A DNA stretch of 63,873 nt, counting the filler, from Guillardia theta CCMP2712 (Eukaryota; Protista; Cryptophyta): the NCBI RefSeq assembly GCF_000315625.1. It is 5 parts of 5 records of this genome, joined end to end, with 100 filler letters (N's around TTAATTAATTAA, not from the genome) between each part and the next. Parts side by side here need not be neighbours in the genome. Positions count along the whole stretch, not along the records: positions 54,278 to 59,995 come from NW_005434407.1; positions 60,096 to 63,873 come from NW_005434126.1; 3 more parts are not named here. One strand, 5' to 3'. The position numbers and the translations under genes are program-made. Numbering within the stretch: the stretch's first letter is position 1; every line of letters starts with the position of its first letter. Below, piece by piece: positions 57,838 through 63,873 of this stretch. The notes beneath the pieces are model-generated. The model worked only from the letters and a program-made list of their open reading frames with translations. It was not told where the DNA came from and made no database searches.

Positions 57838-58503
57838 TCATCCGGTAAGAGGGACGGCCGGGAATTCCTGCTCCTCTTGCATGCTGCTTGTGAGTTTTGG
57901 CATCTCGGTGACCCTGCTCGGCCTCTCCCGGATGAGAAAGTTGTGCCCCTCCTTCTCGTCGATCCCTAGGATCTCGTCGAGCTCATCCTGCAGCTCGGTG
58001 TCGTCGATATCCTCATCCCTCACCATGCGTGAGGACATCATGTCGGTCACCTCCTTGATGTCCAGCTGTGTGTCCTCTAGATCTGCCATGACCGCGTCGA
58101 TGTCATCCACCTGCTTGTGCAGCCCAAGGCTCTTCATGGCGTTTGCCGTCTGCTTGACTGTAGAGATGAGGCTCTGATCCAGTTCATTGTTGTTGAGCAG
58201 GTCGAGGTGGTGCTCGAAGGACTCCTTCTTCTTCACAATCTGCGTCAGCTTGATGCGCTTCTGCTTGGACTTGATGAGGAGGGGTTTCAGCGCCTTGGCG
58301 CCCAGGTTCCGCTTTAGTTTGATCTGCTGCGTGATCTCTGTGAGCTCCTTGTTGAGTGCACATTCTTGCGTCTGGAGTTGCTCGATGCTAGTGATCAGGC
58401 TGTTGACGGCGTGTGCCGTGAGCGCCTCCTTGTCATCGTATAGTTTGGTGCAGCGCAGTGTCCCAACCCACACGCTGGCAATCGCCCGCATGCAGCCCGA
58501 CAT
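57838..58503 (-). CDS. Divergent ESCRT-III (Snf7/CHMP family) protein, intronless, 221 aa
   Basis: Basic N-half (KALKPLLIKSKQKR) and acidic C-half: STVKQTANAMKSL...VDDIDAVMADLED...EVTDMMS...DIDDTELQDELDEI. MIM2-like FPAVP at the C-terminus. Confidence 0.8.
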   Translation of the reverse strand: MSGCMRAIASVWVGTLRCTKLYDDKEALTAHAVNSLITSIEQLQTQECALNKELTEITQQIKLKRNLGAKALKPLLIKSKQKRIKLTQIVKKKESFEHHLDLLNNNELDQSLISTVKQTANAMKSLGLHKQVDDIDAVMADLEDTQLDIKEVTDMMSSRMVRDEDIDDTELQDELDEILGIDEKEGHNFLIRERPSRVTEMPKLTSSMQEEQEFPAVPLTG

Positions 58504-58534
58504 GGGGTATTGCCACCAGGGTTGGATTCTTCCC

Positions 58535-58543
58535 TATATAAAT
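58535..58543. promoter_or_regulatory. Bidirectional TATA element (TATATAAAT) between the Snf7-like gene and the divergent ORF
   Basis: About 37-39 nt from ATG 58503(-) and about 41 nt from ATG 58578(+). Confidence 0.6.
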
Positions 58544-58577
58544 CGATGGATATCCGTGGATGAAACACTCGCGGGGC

Positions 58578-59204
58578 ATGTCCGCTGCTGTCACGATCAG
58601 CTCTTCCCCGGCGGAGCTGCGGCGCCAATGGCACCATGCCGAGGTGACGTGGAAGAAGCACGTCCAAACCGAGGGTCTCTTCACCAACGGTGGAATGCCG
58701 TCGCAGTTTGGCAACAAGCTGTGCAACGATGTGCTCGCACCCTCCAAGATCCCGAGCCTGCACGAGCTCGTGGTGGAGGAGCCGTATGCTTCGTACGGGG
58801 TTTGCATCAAGGAGAGCGGCGACAGGCAGACGTCCCTGAGGGTTGCCGGCAGGACCTCCTCGAAGCTGAAGCCCAACTCCTTCGTGTCGAGCTCTTTGCT
58901 CGACCAGGACTCTTTCGAGATCATGGGGGACTATGGGGATCTCGCCAAGGCCTGGCGCTTTGCATGCAAGAGCATCCAGACCCAGAATCCCGTGGTGAAT
59001 GTCAGCCTGCCGTTCTGCTGCGAGAGGGTGGTGACGATCGGCAACACCACCGACTTCCACAACGTGCAGCACCACAAGGGCGCCTGGACCATCATCGAGG
59101 GCTGCGACCAGGGCTCGCAGGATCCGTCGAGAAACAGGGGGGTCAAGGGAGGTTTTCTTCCCCCTGGGAGAAATGTCCTATGGGTTTTTGGATCTGCGAT
59201 ATAA
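58578..59204 (+). CDS. Hypothetical protein truncated by the right repeat array
   Basis: Coding-like MSAAVTISS...WTIIEGCDQGS runs into the repeat at 59117 and stops inside it. Confidence 0.55.
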   Translation: MSAAVTISSSPAELRRQWHHAEVTWKKHVQTEGLFTNGGMPSQFGNKLCNDVLAPSKIPSLHELVVEEPYASYGVCIKESGDRQTSLRVAGRTSSKLKPNSFVSSSLLDQDSFEIMGDYGDLAKAWRFACKSIQTQNPVVNVSLPFCCERVVTIGNTTDFHNVQHHKGAWTIIEGCDQGSQDPSRNRGVKGGFLPPGRNVLWVFGSAI

Positions 59205-59903
59205 AAAAGTCTTGTCTCGGTCACGTGATGTGTCACGTGACCGGTCAGGTGAGCCTGTGAGCCGGGTCACGGCCCCTGTCAGCCGGCTGACATGTCACGG
59301 GCCTGCTGACACGGTCCGCTGACCGGTCACGGCCGCCCGGAGAGATCAGGCCCCCGGCCAATCTCCGGACACTTAGCCTCCTGGCGGGCCTCCAGGGGGT
59401 CTGAGGCGGGGCTGAAGGCTGCAGTCGGTCTACTGACGGGCCCGGCCGGCAGGATCCGTCGAGAAACAGGGGGGTCAAGGGAGGTTTTCTTCCCCCTGGG
59501 AGAAATGTCCTATGGGTTTTTGGATCTGCGATATAAAAAAGTCTTGTCTCGGTCACGTGATGTGTCACGTGACCGGTCAGGTGAGCCTGTCAGCCGGGTC
59601 ACGGACCCTGTCAGCCGGCTGACATGTCACGGGCCTGCTGACACGGTCCGCTGACCGGTCACGGCCGCCCGGAGAGATCAGGCCCCCGGCCAATCTCCGG
59701 ACACTTAGCCTCCTGGCGGGCCTCCAGGGGGTCTGAGGCGGGGCTGAAGGCTGCAGTCGGTCTACTGACGGGCCCGGCCGGCAGGATCCGTCGAGAAACA
59801 GGGGGGTCAAGGGAGGTTTTCTTCCCCCTGGGAGAAATGTCCTATGGGTTTTTGGATCTGCGATATAAAAAAGTCTTGTCTCGGTCACGTGATGTGTCAC
59901 GTG
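59117..59903 (-). repeat. Right array of the 332-bp unit (one partial, two full), inverted
   Basis: Unit ends at 59239, 59571 and 59903. Confidence 0.95.
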
Positions 59904-59995
59904 AGTTTATGCTAGCTCAGTGAGATGAGTTAGGAGGTCTTCGGCTCAGCTACCCCGGTTTTTGCTCTCTTACTGGGGTAGTGAGACAGGGATAA

Positions 59996-60095
59996 NNNNN
60001 NNNNNNNNNNNNNNNNNNNNNNNNNNNNNNNNNNNNNNNTTAATTAATTAANNNNNNNNNNNNNNNNNNNNNNNNNNNNNNNNNNNNNNNNNNNN
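59996..60095. other. Assembly gap linker
   Basis: 44N-TTAATTAATTAA-44N. Confidence 0.98.
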
Positions 60096-60801
60096 CATGA
60101 TCAGAGGAAGACAGTAGAGGTTGATTCATGATCAGAGGAAGACAGTAGAGGTTGGTTCATGATCAGAGGAAGACAGTAGAGGTTGGTTCATGATCAGAAG
60201 AGGACAGTAGAGGTTGGTTCATGATCAGAGGAAGACAGTAGAGGTTGATTCATGAGCAGAGGAAGACAGTAGAGGTTGGTTCATGATCAGAGGAAGACAG
60301 TAGAGGTTGATCCATGATCAGAGGAAGACAGTAGAGGTTGGTTCATGATCAGAGGAAGACAGTAGAGGTTGGTGCATGATCAGAGGAAGACAGTAGAGGT
60401 TGGTGCATGATCAGAGGAAGACAGTAGAGGTTGGTTCATGATCAGAGGAAGACAGTACGAGCACTTACGCTAGTAAAGAGGAAGACAGTAGAGGTTGGTT
60501 CATGATCAGAGGAAGACAGTAGAGGTTGGTTCATGAGCAGAGGAAGACAGTAGAGGTTGATCCATGATCAGAGGAAGACAGTAGAGGTTGATTCATGATC
60601 AGAGGAAGACAGTAGAGGTTGGTTCATGATCAGAGGAAGACAGTAGAGGTTGGTTCATGATCAGAGGAAGACAGTAGAGGTTGGTTCATGATCAGAGGAA
60701 GACAGTAGAGGTTGATCCATGATCAGAGGAAGACAGTAGAGGTTGGTTCATGATCAGAGGAAGACAGTAGAGATTGATTTCATGATCAGAAGAAGACAGT
60801 A
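60096..60801 (+). repeat. 31-bp minisatellite (CATGATCAGAGGAAGACAGTAGAGGTTGGTT), about 22 copies
   Basis: Visible directly; one interruption at 60458-60476. Confidence 0.95.
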
Positions 60802-60812
60802 CTAAAGATCAT

Positions 60813-62630
60813 CTACTGTCTTGGATCTTGTTGAGCTGACGCATGTGCGCCAGCCGCATGCACCGTCGGGTCGCTGAAGGAGCGCCTGGAGACCTCGGAG
60901 TGGCATGAAGTTGTCGGAGATCGTCGCTGTCGCGGTGATCGGGCTCTTGCTGTGGGTAGTTTGGCGAACGATGAGGTGAGGAGAGAAGGAGAGAGAGAGA
61001 TGATGAGGTGAGGAGAGGAGGAGAGAGAGAGAGATGATAGCTTCTTCAGGAACAATCGGGAGGTGATGGAGATGGATCAGCGCTTTCGTTACGACACCGT
61101 ATCCGATATGATGAAGACTGACTCACAGTTGGATGACCTTGATTTCTGACGACTCGGCTGCCTCTCCCCTCTTCCCTTTCAGTTCATCTTCATGCCCCTC
61201 TACAGATCTCCTCCTGTCCTGACACTGCTTCCCGCATTCTTCTCTCCATGAATTTTCCTCTTCAAAGATCTTGAAGCTTTACTAGAAGCTTGTAAGAATG
61301 GAAAGAATAAAAGAAAATCAATCCCGTGGCTCGGAAAAGAGTGACGAGTGAGTCATGATGATTCCGATCATCAACATACAGCACAAGAGCGTGATCCTGT
61401 TCCTCTCCTCGTCAGCGCATCTCGGCAAGGACAGTCAAGGCAGCAGCTCACCATAGCCGAGGGTCTGAGGAAGAAGGTTTCGTCTCCTCGTGCTCCTCAG
61501 TGGGGCTGCTGGCAGGCTCGGAGTGCCGATGATCATGGTGATGGTCAGTCTTGGCGGGGGTAGCTCGCTCGCTCGGCTGCTTCTCGTCTTGTATCTGTTT
61601 CTTGTGTCAAGGATGCGCGTTACACGGGTAAGTCTCACCGGCGACACCTGCTTGGTCGCGTGCTCGCCGACGTCTATGGCTTTGCATGTCGTGCATGGGT
61701 TGCGGTAGGGCTTCGGCTTGGGAAGAGTAACAGGCGGAGGAGGCTTGAAGCGACTGAAGGCGTGACGTGGCACGTTAGACAACAAGGCAGGACGGGAGGA
61801 GGAAGACCTGTCAGCTGAGGGCTGCAGGGTGCTCGACGGGGCATGAGAGTTGAGGTCTGGTATGAGAGGCACCTGCGCTATCTTTCCCTGCTTGTACTGC
61901 CACGAGGCGTCAGGTGAGGGGAGGGAGGAGGCGAGTCAGCCACCTGCTGCTGGTAGTATTGCTTCACCTTCGCTTCCCAGTGCATCGCGTTGTTGCTGGC
62001 CTGAGGCACGTCAGAAATGCTACCCCCTCCTGCCTCCCTCACCTGTTCCGCAGCCTGGGCAGCATCCGGATGACTCTGCTGGGTAGAAGCAGCAGAGAGG
62101 CTCGGAAGAAGGTCAGCTGCTGGCCAGTAAGCGGAGAGACATGAATCCACTGGTAGCCTAGCGTTACCGTGCGGAGAGTGTTGGAACGCGAGGACGCAGA
62201 GGAAGAGGAGAAGAGAGGAGGTCTGCAGCCATCGCCAGTCACTCATCGCCTCCTCTGAGCTCAAGGTCTGCATTACCAGCATCGTCGCAGTCCGCAACCC
62301 CCGCGCAAAAGTGTCGCGGGGTTGCATGGCCGTTTGACGGCTCATGGGCCGAGTTGCTGGAGGATGAAACGAGGACCAGCAGGAGAAGTGCTTCTCAGCT
62401 GCTACCTCAGCTGCTACCTCAGCTCGTGCACTCTCCTCCCACTGCCATCCCTCCTTGGCTCGAGCGAGTTCAAGAGCCTGCTGTCCGCTCGACTGATGGG
62501 TTGATACGGTGATGGCGCGAGCGGAGGAGTCGGTGAGAGTCGGGACGACGTGATTGATGACGACGTGACTGACGACGACGTGACTGGGCTCGTCCGAGAG
62601 ATGCTGGCGGGTCATGCCCTTGGGATCCAA
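60813..62630 (-). CDS. Hypothetical low-complexity multi-exon protein (boundaries uncertain)
   Basis: Chain of minus-strand ORFs (61878-62630, 61435-61872, 60813-61055) with intron-like breaks. No recognised domain. Confidence 0.4.
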
Positions 62631-63262
62631 CTGGGCTCACGCTTACCTCCTACACTTACTCGGGTTTCATGGGCTGCAAACCTTGAGGTCTTCATCAAAC
62701 TTGCGGCGACTGCATCTGGGAGAGGGTTGCCCAGACGGCATGCTCATCGCTTCTTACTCGTCTCCTCCCTTCCTCTCTCATGGTCAGCGCCTTTCCTCTC
62801 CCTTCCATGTTGCTGCCATCGACAGTAGCAACGCTATTTTGGGTGGTGATCCGTTGCAGACGGTTACGCCAGTATCCGGACGGTGCCGATGGCTAGGGCA
62901 GCAAATCAGGTCTATGAAGTTAGTCATAAAGAATTTCGCTGCCTTCAGCAGTTCTAGAACAGCGGAGGCATGCTCAGCCCGTGCGCCTGACGAGGAAGAG
63001 GAAGAGGAAGAGGAAGAGGAAGAGGAAGAGGAGGAAGTGGTTGTCTACGTTAGCAGCTCGGTCTGGTTCTCGTCTTCCCTTGAGGACATCTTTCGGCATC
63101 TTCCATGCCCCTCCCACGCGGTTCCGCAGACTTTCTTCTGCTCTTCATTCAATCCGTTCAATGCCTTCACGTCGCTCAGGGGTGGCAGCGACACCCTGCT
63201 CCTCCTCTGGTGCACAGGAGCCTATCCTCCTGCATGACCCCCTTTCCTTCCCTCGCACTCAG

Positions 63263-63581
63263 AGGAGGGCAATGGATGCGAGGCAAGGACGAGGGGCTAG
63301 GGACGGGGAAGAACGAAACCAAGGTCAAGGAGGCTGTAGTGCAGCTGACGACGCGGCTGTTCAGCCCCAAGGGCTCGAGCAAGGAGGACTTCTACCAGGT
63401 GCCCAGTGACTGCTGTTGACTGGCATGAACATGGCGGCAGATCCTTGGAGTGAGCAGGGGAGCGACGGCAAAGGAGATCAGAGTAGGATACTACAAGGTC
63501 GCCAAGGAATGTCACCCCGACAAGAACAAGGAGGATCCGCAGGCAGAGGCGAAGTTCAAGCTCATCTCTGAAGCCTACGAG
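63263..63581 (+). CDS. DnaJ (Hsp40) J-domain protein, internal exons; gene continues beyond
   Basis: EDFYQ|[47 protein letters not shown] with the HPD motif. Intron 63399-63440. Confidence 0.9.
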
Positions 63582-63662
63582 GTAGAGGAAAGGAGGAAAG
63601 CGAGGAGAGGAAGGAGGGGGAAGGGGAGGGGGGAGGAGGCGGAGGTAGAGGCGGCGGCCGCG

Positions 63663-63685
63663 GATGATGATGATGATGATGATGA

Positions 63686-63752
<67 letters not shown>

Positions 63753-63768
63753 GGTGGTGGTCGGTGCT
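63663..63768 (+). repeat. Compound (GAT)n(GTT)n(GGT)n microsatellite, intronic
   Basis: Visible directly, downstream of the donor at 63582. Confidence 0.92.
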
Positions 63769-63873
63769 GATGGTGGTACTGGTGGTTAGGAGGAGGAGGA
63801 GGAGGAGGGAGGAGGAGGAGCAGGCTTGGGGGTATGGCAGTGGTATGGAGCGTGAGAGCGTCGGCAGGTGCTG

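Larger units (their letters stand above)
54278..59903. mobile_element. Cassette of at least 5.6 kb bounded by inverted arrays of a 332-bp repeat, carrying intronless virus-like genes
   Basis: Left array 54278-55084 and right array 59117-59903 are reverse complements. The right end is ...GATGTGTCACGTG. The left end is cut by the gap, so a TSD cannot be tested. Confidence 0.75.

Noticed and set aside
62992-63037. Poly-Glu or poly-(Arg-Lys) protein from (GAGGAA)n, and the poly-Asp/Val tail at 63663-63768
   Set aside because: Simple-sequence repeats; the latter lies after a splice donor.
1-63873. tRNA or rRNA genes
   Set aside because: None recognisable by eye; tRNAscan-SE or Infernal would be needed to exclude them.

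Overview
Eukaryotic nuclear DNA with short GT-AG introns (about 42-86 nt) and GA-rich low-complexity tracts. The style suggests a cryptophyte-like protist, but that is inference only. The window is five contigs joined by artificial 100-bp N/TTAATTAATTAA/N linkers, so adjacency across gaps is unproven. (1) 1-24262: a tandemly amplified locus of about 7.3-7.5 kb per unit. Its main gene is one spliced gene (86-nt intron) encoding a variable-length 11/24-aa-repeat coiled-coil header, a P-loop NTPase and a PD-(D/E)xK-like nuclease, i.e. a Crinkler/CR-effector-like architecture. There are five forward copies and one inverted partial copy. Each forward copy ends in a 23-bp tandem array that reiterates the last six codons and the stop. 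Two copies are 5'-truncated and gain a start codon from that array. A ubiquitin-like-domain gene is co-amplified. (2) 24363-42487: ordinary multi-exon genes (large secreted LamG protein, Zn-ribbon protein, IQ protein, membrane protein, Cys-rich secreted protein, 3' end of DOHH). (3) 42588-54177: a giant Cys-rich type I membrane protein gene with ~1.3-kb and 165-bp internal repeats, interrupted by a 2665-bp TIR element with no target-site duplication. (4) 54278-59903: a ~5.6-kb cassette bounded by inverted arrays of a 332-bp repeat. It carries compact intronless virus-like genes: three paralogous unknown ORFs, an ESCRT-III/Snf7 homologue and two truncated ORFs, with TATA boxes at a nearly fixed distance from the ATG. 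(5) 60096-63873: a 31-bp minisatellite, an unknown gene and a DnaJ gene. No database searches were run; family calls rest on recognised motifs.
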